DNA of 64,000 nucleotides from Paraphysomonas bandaiensis (lineage: Eukaryota > Protista > Chrysophyceae), in NCBI GenBank assembly GCA_965644295.1, contig CBFFRP010000236.1, forward strand, positions 138,209-202,208. Reading direction: 5' to 3'. Position 1 is the stretch's first letter, and each line of letters starts with the position of its first letter. Under the pieces are notes generated by a model, which was given only the letters and a program-made list of their open reading frames with translations, did not search any database and was not told where the DNA came from. Positions 12,401 to 25,696 of the stretch are shown here, in pieces. The position numbers and the translations under genes were made by a program.

Positions 12401-15214
12401 TCTTTAACCGTACGCGGGCTATGGAGTGCTTGCGTAGTGGGTACTATGAGACCAATAATTTTGTCTATAATGAGTTCATGGACGAACATTTTGCATTGTT
12501 ACAAATGGAAGCAGCCTATGGTCGACGTGTTTTGGTTGGACCAGCGAAAATTATGCTGTTACGAATGTTGCGTACTCGGGTTCAAGATGCCAAAGATAAA
12601 CTTGACCGTGCCACACAAGGAGTAGAGAAGTGTGAGTACATGCTCGTCTGTACGAGTGTATACCACGAGCGTTTGGCCGGATGTTTAAAGTGTGGGCTGA
12701 TAATGATTCATGGGAAAATGTGCATGGAGTCGTATGATAGAGCTACAAATGCCTCAATTGTAGTACCTAGAGAATTCGAACTGGAGGTATGGGAATTTGT
12801 ATATGTTATTGCCGTATTGACTACGTGAGCTTTGAAGCTATATACCTAATTGAGAGTGCAATATATGCAGTTCTTAGCAGTGGTACCCATTCGCTGCACT
12901 GAGTCGTATTTCTGTGCTTTTCATTAAAGCTGTGTCATGTATTTGTGTGATGTTTTTCAGATACTTAAGCGTGAAGTGATCGAATTTCAAGAAAAGTATG
13001 ATGAAGTCAAGAGTGCACTTACTCAAGTGGAAACGGAACTTAGGCACAAAACAGTGTATGATGTGCAGGCTTGGTGGGGGACTCGACTGGCTATACGGAA
13101 AGCCCGCATAATGAATAGGAAAATGGAGCACTCTCGCTTTTATTTCCGTATTAGACGATTAGTAAAGCTGAAGAAAGCTCTAGACGAATTTGATCCATGG
13201 AGATCATCATTGGAAGCTTTAGAAGCGAAATTTTGTGATCTTTTACCGGAATTAGCCGAGTATCGTCTTAAAAAGACGACCCGTGCTATGAAGATTGCTA
13301 ATCGATTTGCGAGGCAAATTCTTACCATTACAAGAGAAAAGGCTAGTGCTGTTGAAGCAAAGGTAAGTAAGATTCTTCATAACGTGGGTACTGTATGGTG
13401 CAGTATATGTTACAGTGGGAGTGAAGTATTTCTATTGCGTATAATATATATGTTTTCGGATTATATCACCACCTCCAACAGCAGTTCACGTTTTATGCAG
13501 AGACGCCTACAGGAGAGTTTAAAGCAGCGCCGAAGACTAGAAAGATATCAATCTCTAGAGATGCAGCGGCAGCGTGAAGCGCGAGTTGCCCAGTCTATGA
13601 GGCACGAATTGAGGAAAGAAGCCGAGAGGATGCTGAATAGGACCTGGATGTGTGATCGTTTCGAGTGTAATAAACGTGTTTTCTATTCTGAGTTTAGGTG
13701 AGATTTTATGTGGTTTGTTAATGTAGCATGTGTGCACTGACTTCGTGGTATATATGGAAGAATTATGTTTTGAATTGAGTGTTCGTACTGTGTATCAAAC
13801 CTGGCAGAAAGAACAATATGGTCGTATATAATTGAGATAATGGTGGAATAATTTCTGTGCATAATGTTTATTTAGGTATAATACTCACATGAAGCTGCAC
13901 CGCCTCAAGGATAAGGATGGGTATAAGTCCCGGGAAGAACTCTATCGACTGAAACAGCTTCGCAAGAAGGGCGAAGAAGAATTTTTGGCCCGGGTGAGGG
14001 CTTTGAGAGATGGATTGATAAATATTCGTGGTTGTGATGATATAGAGAGCTGTAACCCATTAGTAAAAGCCCACGTGTGGCCAGAGTGTCGTAAGTATCT
14101 CACTAAACTCCCTCCTCTGAGCGTGAAGGATGCTATTCCGAGATCAATCGGAAAACATATGGTAGCACCTTCGGCGCATGATATTCCGGAGGATTATATT
14201 ATCTGTGGTGATTGCATCCATGATGAGCGTTCTGTTGTATCTACAGATATTATTCAGAGTACTGCCGATTCAAGAGAAGGGGTGGCAATTGAAGACGATA
14301 ATTGTGAACCGAAGCTTGTAGAGGCCTTGTCTGACAATGCAACTGACGATGAATCCAAGAGTTCATTTGTCTCGAACCTGGGTACGGCACAATCAACTGA
14401 TAGTGGACCTAATACTGCGAATAAGAGTTCGATGAATGTGACTGGCGATGTTTCCGCCCCGCCACCAATGCCTGTCAGTCCCCCCGGCCCGTATGCTAAA
14501 CGAAAAGTCCATTTGGCACCTTCGTCCTCTGACGTCCCTGTATTTAGCCCTATTCGTTCTCACGATGGAAAGCATGAGTCATTGCTGGAAACGAATCTAC
14601 GCGAAGGCCTCATGGAACCCCCATGGATGCATATGCCCCAATTGGTTTCACTGAGCGAAACTGTACAGAGCTCTCACAAAATGTACTTTGAAGTTGTCAG
14701 CAAGGTGGATGAAATCAGCGTATCGCGGTCCAAATATGTTTTAAATAAACATGTATTTCGGATTGGTGCTTTGGGGTCGTGCGATTGCACATTAAGATGC
14801 GAGGACACAGGGGGAGATATCCGTTATGTAAGACGTGCCTCACGTATTCATTGTTTAGTGTACGTGCCACTTGTATTGCCGCAGTATAATCAGTCTAGCC
14901 GCCACAGCAAGCATCCTCCTCTCCCTCCGGATTCACAACCATCTGCACACGGAATCACAGGAGATGATAATGAGGAAGGTGACGATGAACCCGCTTTACA
15001 TAAGAATGTTACGATCGTCGACAACCATAGCATGTGGGGAACTTACATCGTGTCTGAAAATGGCGTCAAAAAAGTCCCCACGGTCATCCAGAAAGGTATT
15101 CCCTTGGTTCCTGGGGACCTGGTATGCATAGGAGTAGTAAGAAATGGCCCTGAAACAATGTCACCTATAGAGGCCAACAAAGCGTTGATTGTCTTCAGAG
15201 TGCGAGTAGAGTAG
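9500..15214 (+). CDS. Large multi-exon protein with coiled-coil region, C2H2 zinc finger and C-terminal FHA-like domain (start approximate)
   Basis: Exon ending ..LRHKRNM|gtgagt (~9892) joins in frame to ERKQEAD.. (12076). C2H2 spans an intron (CDRFEC..FYSEFR|YNTHMKLH). FHA-like motifs FRIG..CD, SRIHC, DNHSMWGT, LVPGDLVCIG. Confidence 0.7.
9928..12035. repeat. 22-bp minisatellite (ytatagtgtgctgtatgtatga)n, ~95 copies, intronic
   Basis: Period 22 read directly. Lies inside the intron ~9893-12075. Confidence 0.97.
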
Positions 15215-15845
15215 TTTGATATTGACAACTTTTCAGGATCATTTTGTGTTGTAAATACAGTTACTTGATGTCGTGTGTTGCTGTATGAAGTCATCTTTTT
15301 AATTTATGTAATATTCAAGTGCTGGTTATTTGACTATGTCTGACTGTTTTCTTGTAATGTGATATCTTACAATCATATGTATTCTAACCGCTCTGGCTTC
15401 TTCTTTCTGTGCGGATACACGAAACTGTTGCCGTATTAAATGTTTTTCGTTTTACATTGAAACATAGACTCTTGCAGTTGTTTCATTATTTGACCTAATG
15501 GCTAAGTATAGCTAGTACGAAATATTGAAAATAAAGAATTTCTTGTTCTTTCGCTTGACATATAGCTTCCACGTTACTGACTTTTCTCGGAAAACACGGA
15601 AAGTGTGTTCGGTGAAAATCAAATCAAGTAATTTTTACTCAACCGATATTAAAATGTTATTTAGTCAAAGTATGAATGATGCCGATGGATTATACTGTTA
15701 AAATTCTCATTTGCATGACACAACTAGAAACGTATACTCTGAAAATCTGGCACCGCGCAATGAACCGTGAGCAGAGGTCAAGACATCACATATTGCTGCC
15801 CCGAAACAAATATACAATTTTTTATATACCGCATATACAACGAAG

Positions 15846-17359
15846 CTATAGAAAATTTTCTCTGACTGTACCATCCACTGATCCAGTGTACAAACACCCT
15901 CTATATGCCGTAAAGCAAGTAATGCTTTCTGTATGTCTCTGCTCGGTGTATACCTTCTCTATAGTTCCCACACATTCCATGTGCTCTGGATCCCATATAC
16001 TTACAATTTCATTTTCCGATGAACCTGAGTATACTTTCCCGTAATGATAAAACCAACTCGAAATTATCGAGTCTGGAGTAAAAGAGAGGAGCTGCATCCA
16101 AAATAAGGGTCAGGGGAAACGAACCATTCAATCAAAGATAATATATTAGCACTATTTCTCATAAAGGGTGCACATATTACTTCTCAAACTCGTTTTGTTA
16201 ATAATAGTTCAAACGTACATACACGAGAACAGAAAATGGTAATTTACCTGCGTTAGGGTCCGAGTACACCACACTCTAACCGACCTATCTGCAGATGAAG
16301 ACAGCAATCGTTCTTTATCACTTAGCAGCAATAAGTTATGCACATGGTCTTCATGACCACGTAATGTACCAGTCTGTCCACACGTGATGTCGTGATCTCC
16401 TTCTCTATGTAAGCTACTAAAAACCCGTATCACCCTATCCCATGTTCCTGTTCCACAGGCAACGAAGACTCTGAGCCAATACCGTCCACGGGTACGGCCA
16501 TCGCGATGCCCGAGCGGTCCAGTGTTGCTGTCTCCATGCCCAGAGGAAATCCACTCGGCAACAGCAGCATTGACACAGATAGGGTTCTGTATTTGCGTCA
16601 CCAACTCCATTACTTTGCATTTTTTATTCATAGCCGCACTATTCGACAGACGTGCCGCACTAGCGTTCCATATACACACCCGCCCGTCAATAGAACTCGA
16701 CAGCAGCAGTGATGAATACGGCGGCCCGTTGCCAATACAGAAGGCCATAGAACTGGGAGCAGAGCATAAAAACAACGAACGTATAGCTCCATTGTGACCG
16801 TCGGATATGCCTGGTGCTTCAATATGAACCTATACACACGAGTTTAAGACTATAACCGGAAAAATGCAACATTGCATATCAATTCAATGCGACTGTCAAC
16901 AACTTGTTTACCCGGTTTATATCGTCGATATTACTGCATCGCCATGCTTCAATGCTTCCATCTTCATACCCCGCAAAAAGTACACACCCAACAACGCATA
17001 AACAAGTAACACTAGAACTAGATACAGAATCCAGGATGCCAATATAACGCATATTCCCAGTGCACTTCCACACACATACACGACCATCCGCCAAGCCGGA
17101 AAAAAGTAAACCTATAAAACCACACTTCAATACAGAGCCATAAGTGCATTGCACACATGCACACAAATCGCTAAAACGCCATCAATATATGTTAACATAC
17201 TTCTCCATACAGTGCTATATATGAGGTATTATTATATATAATGTTATATATGTTGTATTATATATAATGTTATATATGTTGTATTATATAACATGTATCT
17301 ATGATGTGATACCATGTACAACATTGTATGTGAGCTGTTATCTGTACTGTGTTATACAT
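15846..17359 (-). CDS. WD40-repeat protein, multi-exon (ends approximate)
   Basis: Repeated WD motifs: LFSGLADGRVCVW, FAGYEDGSIEAW, LSSSIDGRVCIWN, GHEDHV..LLSSSADRSVRVW, LYTGSVDGTVR. In-phase small 5' exons can be built from ATG 17359. Confidence 0.85.
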
Positions 17360-17439
17360 GGGGCGTTCTAGATAGAGAGTTCCGTATGTGGTATTATATC
17401 TACAGAGTAAAATACGGGGTGTTATATATGAGATGATAT

Positions 17440-18028
17440 GTATAGAGTGTTATATACAGAATGTTATATATAGAGTGTTATATATAGAGTGTTATATATA
17501 GAATGTTATATATAGAGTGTTATATATAGAATGTTATATATAGAATGTTATATATAGAGTGTTATATATAGAATGCTATATATAGAATGTTATATATAGA
17601 GTGTTATATATAGAATGTTATATATAGAATGTTATATATAAAATGTTACATATAGAATGTTATATATAGAATGTTATATATAGAATGTTATATATAGAAT
17701 GTTATATATAGAGTGTTATATATAGAATGTTATATATAGAATGTTATATATAGAATGTTATATATAGAGTGTTATATATAGAATGTTATATATAGAATGT
17801 TATATATAGAGTGTGGTATATAGAGTGTTATATATAGAGTGTTATATATAGAATGTTATATATAGAGTGTTATATATAGAGTGTGGTATATAGAGTGTTA
17901 TATATAGAATGTTATATATAGAGTGTTATATATAGAATGTTATATATAGAGTGTTATATATAGAATGTTATATATAGAATGTTATATATAGAGTGTGGTA
18001 TACGGGGTGTTATATATAGAGTGTTATG
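17440..18028. repeat. 14-bp minisatellite (gttatatatagart)n
   Basis: Period 14 read directly, ~40 copies. Confidence 0.95.
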
Positions 18029-18054
18029 GTATCTTCTATATATCTACTTCATCT

Positions 18055-18846
18055 TCATGCAACATGATCACCTGTTGATGCACAAGCAACACATAACACC
18101 CAGGGTGAATCCTCTGCTACCACACTGGGTCGATCATGTTGCCATGAAACCGCTAGATCTTTCTTACTAGGTACGTATATAGCTGTATTAACAGTATTCA
18201 CCATATTCACTTCTATTCCACATGAAGTCTTGATAGGATAGTGTCTCTTCAAGATGTCCCATATATGGGATTTTATAGAGGAAATTTCACGTAATAAAGA
18301 TAATCGTGTCATATGTGTATGTCCAAACCGTCTTGGAATATCCAGTGGAATAAATTCATCATCAATTACTAATTGACATATTTCAAAATTAAGAAATTTT
18401 GTAAAAATTTCATAGATTTCTAATGATAAAACATACATATGAGAATATACGTTAAAATAATCATTAAGAAATAATTTACATAATATACATATACGACACA
18501 TTAAAGCTAAATCTAGAAATTGATTGACACCATCCTCAAAACTTGGGATATTCTGATCGAAACTATGAAAAAGTTTATCAACTCTTTCGAAGTGTGATAT
18601 GGATTCACTTTCTTGACTTTTACATAGTAAAGATACGCCATTTAATACATATGTAAGTGCTGTAGATACTGTACGACTTCGTATGTGATTATTAATAATA
18701 CATTGACGTAGTTTTTCTATATGTGATTGTAGGATAGTGTAGTCGTGTTCTACTGGTGTATCTGTATAGAAATAGATATCAAATCCCAGTATATGAGCAC
18801 TAGTTGATATGATTTGTTTTAGTATTCGTCTTTGAATGAATGACAT
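18055..18846 (-). CDS. Hypothetical 263-aa protein, intronless orphan
   Basis: Long ATG-initiated ORF in AT-rich DNA. No motif recognised. Confidence 0.5.
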   Translation of the reverse strand: MSFIQRRILKQIISTSAHILGFDIYFYTDTPVEHDYTILQSHIEKLRQCIINNHIRSRTVSTALTYVLNGVSLLCKSQESESISHFERVDKLFHSFDQNIPSFEDGVNQFLDLALMCRICILCKLFLNDYFNVYSHMYVLSLEIYEIFTKFLNFEICQLVIDDEFIPLDIPRRFGHTHMTRLSLLREISSIKSHIWDILKRHYPIKTSCGIEVNMVNTVNTAIYVPSKKDLAVSWQHDRPSVVAEDSPWVLCVACASTGDHVA

Positions 18847-18921
18847 GTGTGTGTATAGAGGATAGGCAGAGTTGATGGTAATTTATTGAGGAGGGATACA
18901 TAAATAAGATATACTAGGAAC

Positions 18922-18924
<3 letters not shown>

Positions 18925-18954
<30 letters not shown>

Positions 18955-19430
18955 TGTATGTATGTATGTATGTATGTATGTATGTATGTATGTATGTATG
19001 TATGTATGTATGTATGTATGTATGTATGTATGTATGTATGTATGTATGTATGTATGTAGGTATGTATGTATGTATGTATGTATGTATGTATGTATGTATG
19101 TATGTATGTATGTATGTATGTATGTATGTATGTATGTATGTATGTATGTATGTATGTATGTATGTATGTATGTATGTATGTATGTATGTATGTATGTATG
19201 TATGTATGTATGTATGTATGTATGTATGTATGTAGGTATGTATGTATGTATGTATGTATGTATGTATGTATGTATGTATGTATGTATGTATGTATGTATG
19301 TATGTATGTATGTATGTATGTATGTATGTATGTATGTATGTATGTATGTATGTATGTATGTATGTATGTATGTATGTATGTATGTATGTATGTATGTATG
19401 TATGTATGTATGTATGTATGTATGTATGTA
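18925..19430. repeat. (TATG)n microsatellite, ~125 units
   Basis: Direct reading; rare TAGG variants. Confidence 0.98.
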
Positions 19431-19779
19431 CAGTATGTAAGGAATTTTCACACAAAACCATTGATTTTACATAAAACTATAGTTTTTACCCCCCTTTTTG
19501 TTGATTTTTGTAAAAGTGATTACAGAAGTTTGCAGCATTTAGAACACAATCACATTCATAATATGCATGTACTCTCATTGCTGCATATGTTAGTCTGCTG
19601 TATGTAGCAATGTCAGATGAATGTAACATCGTTACCAAGCACAAGATATTGTGGATTAGTTTCTCAGATATGGAGAAATGGAATTTCATGAAAGAATATA
19701 AAGAGGGTCGTGTCGAATCCCTCAAACAAGTCGTTGCATACAAGAAAAACATATTCAACAGTTCAGCATGATGTACATG

Positions 19780-20480
19780 GATAAAAGCAATACTACCAGC
19801 TCAAGCTACATTTATCTGTCTTATAGTTTTCCTGGCGATATTTATTATAGTCAACAATTTTCTTCACCACCTCAGGATATGCACCCTTCCTTTGCTTCTT
19901 TCGGCCTGTGCAACTTTCAAGCTTCAGTGTCCCATCATTCCAGGCTTTTGCCCTAGTACATAATGCTGAGCGGCTAAATATGTTTTTCTTGTATGCCGAA
20001 GCTGACTTCGTATCATCAGCCAATGGACATGGTATTATTGCTTCCATGAAAGTAGGTTATAAATGTAATCTTACTGATATAGCTGCAGGAATTACTGAGG
20101 TGACTTCTTATTCTGCCGAACAGCGAGCCAGCGCAGTTGAGTTATTGTATGATGTTGAAAGTGACCCATTGGTAATCGAAACTGAAATTGAGGAAGCCAT
20201 GGAGTGCTGGGAATCTTTTTCTATTTCTCCGCCAACACCGGTGGTGGATGATGAGCGTCAAACTGATACAAGTATAGATCGTACGACTTCATCTGAGGTG
20301 TAACTTGAAATGAATTTAATGATGCCATGCGTGTTGTATACGACTTTACCATGCAAACTTGTTTTGAAAAAAAATCTTCCTTGCACTACCAGTTTGTCAA
20401 GTCCGCTTCCGAAGTGACTAAATCGTACTTAGAGAAGCGCACCAAATCTTTGCCACAACGAAACAATACAGCAATTTTTC
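19780..20480 (-). mobile_element. Probable pogo/Tc1-mariner transposase relic (CENP-B-type HTH)
   Basis: ..SRSALCTRAKAW..RKKQRKGAYPEVVKKIVDY..RQENYKTDKCSLSW resembles an HTH-psq/CENP-B DNA-binding N-terminus. Many stops; no matching TIR pair found. Confidence 0.45.
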
Positions 20481-20799
20481 TCGGTGCAGAGATCTAATTC
20501 TACACTTTAACAGCGTTATGTAGTAATTCTTGTTATACAGCTGTCCGGTGTAGTTAAGTGCTGACAACGCATTCGTATCATGTAATAACAAGACTGTTCA
20601 CATAATTATTTATCTGTAAAGTGATAATAGAAAGTTTAAAGCACAATACCTTTCCAAATTGAAGTATGGGATACGGAATTTTACATAAACTTAGGAGTTT
20701 ACAGCATAAAACTATGCTTTCAATATCGAAAAACTGAGGTTTACTACGAAAACTGGCTTTCAAAAAAAACAGTTTTTATGGTAAACGGTCTATTATGAT

Positions 20800-21010
20800 T
20801 CAGCTTAATACAAGATTGTACCTGTGAGTTATAATGTTCAATGAAATATATCATGAACTGAATTAGAGAGAACCTGTCGAAGATACATGATCGTCATTAT
20901 CAGTTACACTTCTAAATATTCCGTTGTGCAAGATAGTTATGTTCTATATTGTTATTCATAATTTTCACTCTATCGTGTTCATTACTTACACTCTAATAAT
21001 CACAACATTG
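20800..21010 (-). repeat. ~250-bp dispersed repeat, family B (reverse copy)
   Basis: Reverse complement aligns with 25117-25363 and 50034-50299. Confidence 0.8.
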
Positions 21011-21890
21011 TTTTACTATTATAAAGATCAATTCTTTATTCGCTCTACATATGATGCACTGTTTTTGCCTATGGTGCATACCGTTCACCGTATCGAGAAC
21101 GCACTGTATGTTAGATACCTGATATCAAAGAGATGTTAGAACGTATTGAGACAATGAAACCTAAATACCTTATACTTCTGGATTTAGTATCAAGTTATTT
21201 ACCACGCTAAAATTTCAGAAACTTCGAGGAAGTGGACAGCATTTATAACCTTGCGGAGTATTTGAATGGCTCCGAATACATATCATGCATATAACATTCG
21301 AGTCAGTTATTCTAGCAGGGGTTAAGTGTTGTACATATATGTGATGACGCCAGTGACAACAAGATGCCTTGTGCGACTAACAAGTTTTTACATCCATCAT
21401 CACATTTATATACGAATTTCAATACCACTCACCCTCAGCATCCTTTTGTGGTACAGGTACATTTATTGTTGCTATTATGGAAATTTGGGGATTTATTGTT
21501 TAGAGTTGATTTAGTCCTATTGGATATACCATTAATATGAATTTCTTCCACTAACAGCAAGCAAGCTACTAATAGCTATACATTCTAGATATATTATGTT
21601 TTCATGCGGATAAGCTACAATTTAACCTAGGGATAAGGAGATGCATCCCTCGTCGAATTTTAAACACGGGATGATATACCCTCCTCTTGCTATATATAAT
21701 GTTCGATCATGTGATGATCTTAATAATTAGATGCAGTAATGGAATAATCGCCAGTAGCTAGTATTAGTATGAATAAGTATGCTTTACTTATATACGCATA
21801 CCGCACGAGCTGTTAAATCATACCACACCGTCTCATTACATTAAAACTTAATTAAAGTCGTACATTCACAAAATGACATAAAAATTATAT

Positions 21891-22659
21891 TTATACCTTA
21901 TCGCTAGAATCCTTTACTCTTATCGATATCGGACTAATAGTGGTTCTTTCGTGGCTATATGGATCTGTTTCCGAAACTGGAGTACTGCTGTATATTGCAA
22001 ATAAAGAGAGTTGGATAGAAGATAAACCAAGCCCAATAGCATTTGGAATATAAATGCTAGGATCATCTTTAAACAGATATCCATAGAATAGCCATACAAT
22101 TCCATTGCACCAATTTACAATACTGGTACATACGAATTTAAAGAACACTTAGAGCGAGAAGCACACATTACCTCGTAGCGAATGACATTGATGCAGTAGA
22201 CTGATCACGAATAACAACCTTAATTGAGCTTAGCGGAGATGCCATAAGAGCAACTACTAGACAAGATCCAATAAACCCAACTAGAGAAGTATACCTGTAG
22301 AAGGCTAAACATAAAGTAACTATAACTATCGTTATACCAACTAAACATTCATCTAAATGAGATTGTTTTGAATAATACTGATATACAACAGTACTAAATA
22401 ATCCAATAGCCACACCACTCATATTAGATGTTATGGTAGGCATATCATCCGTTATCACTCCATATATCATACGTACACAACAGCATACGAGTAGAGACAG
22501 GAAGGGATAGATAGTATAAGTCCCTATAGATCGACTACAGTATATCGTAATACTGTGTAATAAGATAGTTATATAGAGGATGATTGATAGTGTGGATGCT
22601 GATAGTTGTATGAAGGTATGTATAGTCTGAGTGTGTATGTATAGTGAGAAGAGTAGCAT
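21891..22659 (-). CDS. SWEET: SWEET/MtN3-saliva family sugar transporter (2 exons; intron 22123-22171)
   Basis: Seven hydrophobic segments. Motifs SIGTYTIYPF, ITSN.SG, ASPLSSIKVVIRDQSTASM, WLFYG..D..IYIPNAIG..IQL. Confidence 0.92.
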
Positions 22660-22821
22660 ATGAGGGGACTGTATGAGTAGAGAGGAGACTGTGATGTGTG
22701 ATTATATGATCTATAGAGAGGAGGAGATGAAACATGGTGAAGATGAAGTAGTTGGGGGTGGTTAGAACCCTCTATGTAATGAACATATGGTTCAATCCGA
22801 CCACCTGGATATCCTCATGCT

Positions 22822-23480
22822 GTATGTATGTATGTATGTATGTATGTATGTATGTATGTATGTATGTATGTATGTATGTATGTATGTATGTATGTATGTA
22901 TGTATGTATGTATGTATGTATGTATGTATGTATGTATGTATGTATGTATGTATGTATGTATGTATGTATGTATGTATGTATGTATGTATGTATGTATGTA
23001 TGTATGTATGTATGTATGTATGTATGTAGGTATGTATGTATGTATGTATGTATGTATGTATGTATGTAGGTATGAATGTATGTATTAATGTATGTATTTA
23101 TGTATGTATGTATCTATTAATTTATGAATGTATGTATGTATGTATGTATGTATGTATGTATGTATGTATGTATGTATGTATGTATGTATGTATGTATGTA
23201 TGTATGTATGTATGTATGTATGTATGTATGTATGTATGTATGTATGTATGTATGTATGTATGTATGTATGTATGTATGTATGTATGTATGTATGTATGTA
23301 TGTATGTATGTATGTATGTATGTATGTATGTATGTATGTATGTATGTATGTATGTATGTATGTATGTATGTATGTATGTATGTATGTATGTATGTATGTA
23401 TGTATGTATGTATGTATGTATGTATGTATGTATGTATGTATGTATGTATGTATGTATGTATGTATGTATGTATGTATGTT
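22822..23480. repeat. (TATG)n microsatellite with short interruption, followed by (TG)n
   Basis: Direct reading. Confidence 0.98.
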
Positions 23481-23726
23481 GATTGCATTGCATCGTACTC
23501 CTTCTGTGTGTGTGTGTGTGTGTGGTATTGTAGGGTGTGTAAGATCGTATGTGATTATATCATACCGTTACAGGGCATACATATGCTCCCTCGCACATGG
23601 GAGAAGATATCACTTATGGAGCAGTTGACTTCTCCTTTCAGATCCTTTCCTCTCATCATTCCCTTGCACTAATCCACTTAGAGGCATTATTAGCATTAAC
23701 TGTCAGTGTAGTAACACATATATACG

Positions 23727-24800
23727 ATGTGGTGCTACAGACTATGCATTATAATCTGTCTAATTAATATCAATATTTCACGGAGTATTCGACCATATGT
23801 TTCAAGATCACAACTGGGTGATGATTACAGCTATAGGGCACTATTTAGATGGCTCGAAACACATCAAAGTCGTCGTGTGAAAAGAACTGGATATGATCGT
23901 GTTATACTTGGCCAAGGTACTGGTTTGGGGAGTATGCTCCATTTCAGTGCTCTTCATTTTGCTGAGATTGTTTATCGTGGTAAAGTTGTCCAGTTTAAGG
24001 GACATTATAAGGAGTTTACTAGAAACTCTGTATGCAACCATTTATATGGATCCACTGACGGAAGTAGATGTTTTTTTCTACCAATCAGTGAACAAAAAGT
24101 TCAGTTCAATCAGGCATATGGTGGGCATCAGTTAGCAAGAGGGAATTTTTCTATGTTTATTGATCGTGTACGAGTTCCAATTGCCCTGCCACAAGTTATC
24201 GACCCGTGGTTGTGGTGGGGTGTTGTGCAGTCTTTCATGTTTCGTCTTAACGACCGAACTGAGAGTATATTTAGCGCAGTAAATTCTCAAATGCATTTTA
24301 ACAGCGCAGATATTGGTGTACATTGGTCGGTTCAACATGGTAGCGCATTGCGATATTTGTCCATGACGGACATTGTTTCCAGCATTATCCATGAAATTGA
24401 GCAAGCAGTGGAAACAATATCTAAACGTGATAAAACGATATACTTGTCCACTGATTCATCTGATTTAAAGTCTGCTCTTCATTCGTGGCAAAGACATTAT
24501 CCTAATGTACGTGTGCTCTGTCGCAATGACACGGCTATTAAGACTATAGCCTTCGTGGGATACGAAAGTTTATTTCCCGTTGGAGCACTACACTATCTGC
24601 GTGCACTGGAGGTCTTATACGACATGCACACCCTTCGTCACTCCACTATATTTATAGGTTCTGTGTTCTCTCATGTATCTAAGACAGCGGTGTCTATGGG
24701 CTGCGCAGATGGTTCTATGAACTTCGCCATTGGAATCGATTTCAATGCCACACTTAAGAAAAGTTATGGCCCATGTTGGCGTCACCATGTTAGCACATGA
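23727..24800 (+). CDS. GT23/alpha-1,6-fucosyltransferase (FUT8/NodZ)-like type II membrane protein, intronless
   Basis: N-terminal hydrophobic anchor; GTGLGSMLH; IGVH; KTIYLSTD (motif II); DMHTLRHSTIFIGSVFSHVSK (motif III). Confidence 0.7.
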   Translation: MWCYRLCIIICLININISRSIRPYVSRSQLGDDYSYRALFRWLETHQSRRVKRTGYDRVILGQGTGLGSMLHFSALHFAEIVYRGKVVQFKGHYKEFTRNSVCNHLYGSTDGSRCFFLPISEQKVQFNQAYGGHQLARGNFSMFIDRVRVPIALPQVIDPWLWWGVVQSFMFRLNDRTESIFSAVNSQMHFNSADIGVHWSVQHGSALRYLSMTDIVSSIIHEIEQAVETISKRDKTIYLSTDSSDLKSALHSWQRHYPNVRVLCRNDTAIKTIAFVGYESLFPVGALHYLRALEVLYDMHTLRHSTIFIGSVFSHVSKTAVSMGCADGSMNFAIGIDFNATLKKSYGPCWRHHVST

Positions 24801-25116
24801 ATTAATATGCCGATAACTGGTTGATATAGTGATATCATCTTTATCAGCAGTATCGGTATATTGAATGTGAAATTTGTGGTACTCTACTGTAATTTGTTTT
24901 ATCATGCTTTGGTTTATGTGTTTAGTCATTATTTAATCGTTTTCTGTTTCATTTTAGCCGAGTCGCCCTTGTGAATGACTGTGATCTGTGTGTAAAACAC
25001 GGTCTTGTTTGATTGAAAATTTGTGTGTTTTTTAACCAATAGCTTTGGGATTTCATGGTTTGTGATAATTAATAAAAGTTTTATTGACTTGAACAACGGG
25101 GTGTTAATTGGGCTGA

Positions 25117-25363
25117 ATGCAGATTTAAGATTAGTAATAGTAGTAAGAAGAATGTTGTGATTATTAGAATATAAAGTGATGAGCACAGTAATGTAGAAAA
25201 ATGAGCAATGATGCAGAACATAACTATCACACACAACAGAATAGTTAGATGTATAACTGACAATGACGATCAAGTATTTTCAACAGATACTTCCATTAAT
25301 TCAGTTCATGATATATTTCATTGAACATTATATTTCACATATACTATCTTCTATTAAGATGAA
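25117..25363 (+). repeat. Dispersed repeat family B copy
   Basis: High similarity to 50034-50299 (e.g. taactatcacacacaac, caacagatactt, cacatatactatctt). Confidence 0.85.
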
Positions 25364-25696
25364 TAAAAGGCTGTGCTCATTGTATCTAGTAGATTGTAGC
25401 CGATTATCTAGAGAACACAAAATGTAAGTTTGAGAGCTAACACTTCAACAATTTGGTCAATTACTTCAACTACTGTTAATTTAGAATAATCTCTTAAAAC
25501 ATATACGAAGTACACGACACGTATTCCAACATTCCACACATTTATGGCCTTTCGTTAAGCTGTAGCACAGCTTATATTACATATACACGGATTAAATACA
25601 AGACTGCTTTCCACATATAAACACGACAATACTTCTCATAGCAAAAATGCAGTTCATACACATATAGAAACAGATACAATGTCTGCGCGGAAATCG

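Noticed and set aside
17440-18028. Telomere-like interpretation of the satellites
   Set aside because: Units lack G-rich telomeric motifs and are internal, flanked by genes.
18819-19607. Long ORFs of MYVC/YIHT repeats (also 22752-23672)
   Set aside because: Translations of the (TATG)n microsatellite, which lacks stops in all frames; not genes.
19430-20790. Possible TIR pair (TA-CAGT start at 19431) around the pogo-like relic
   Set aside because: No reverse-complement partner found; the similar sequence near 20665 is in direct orientation.
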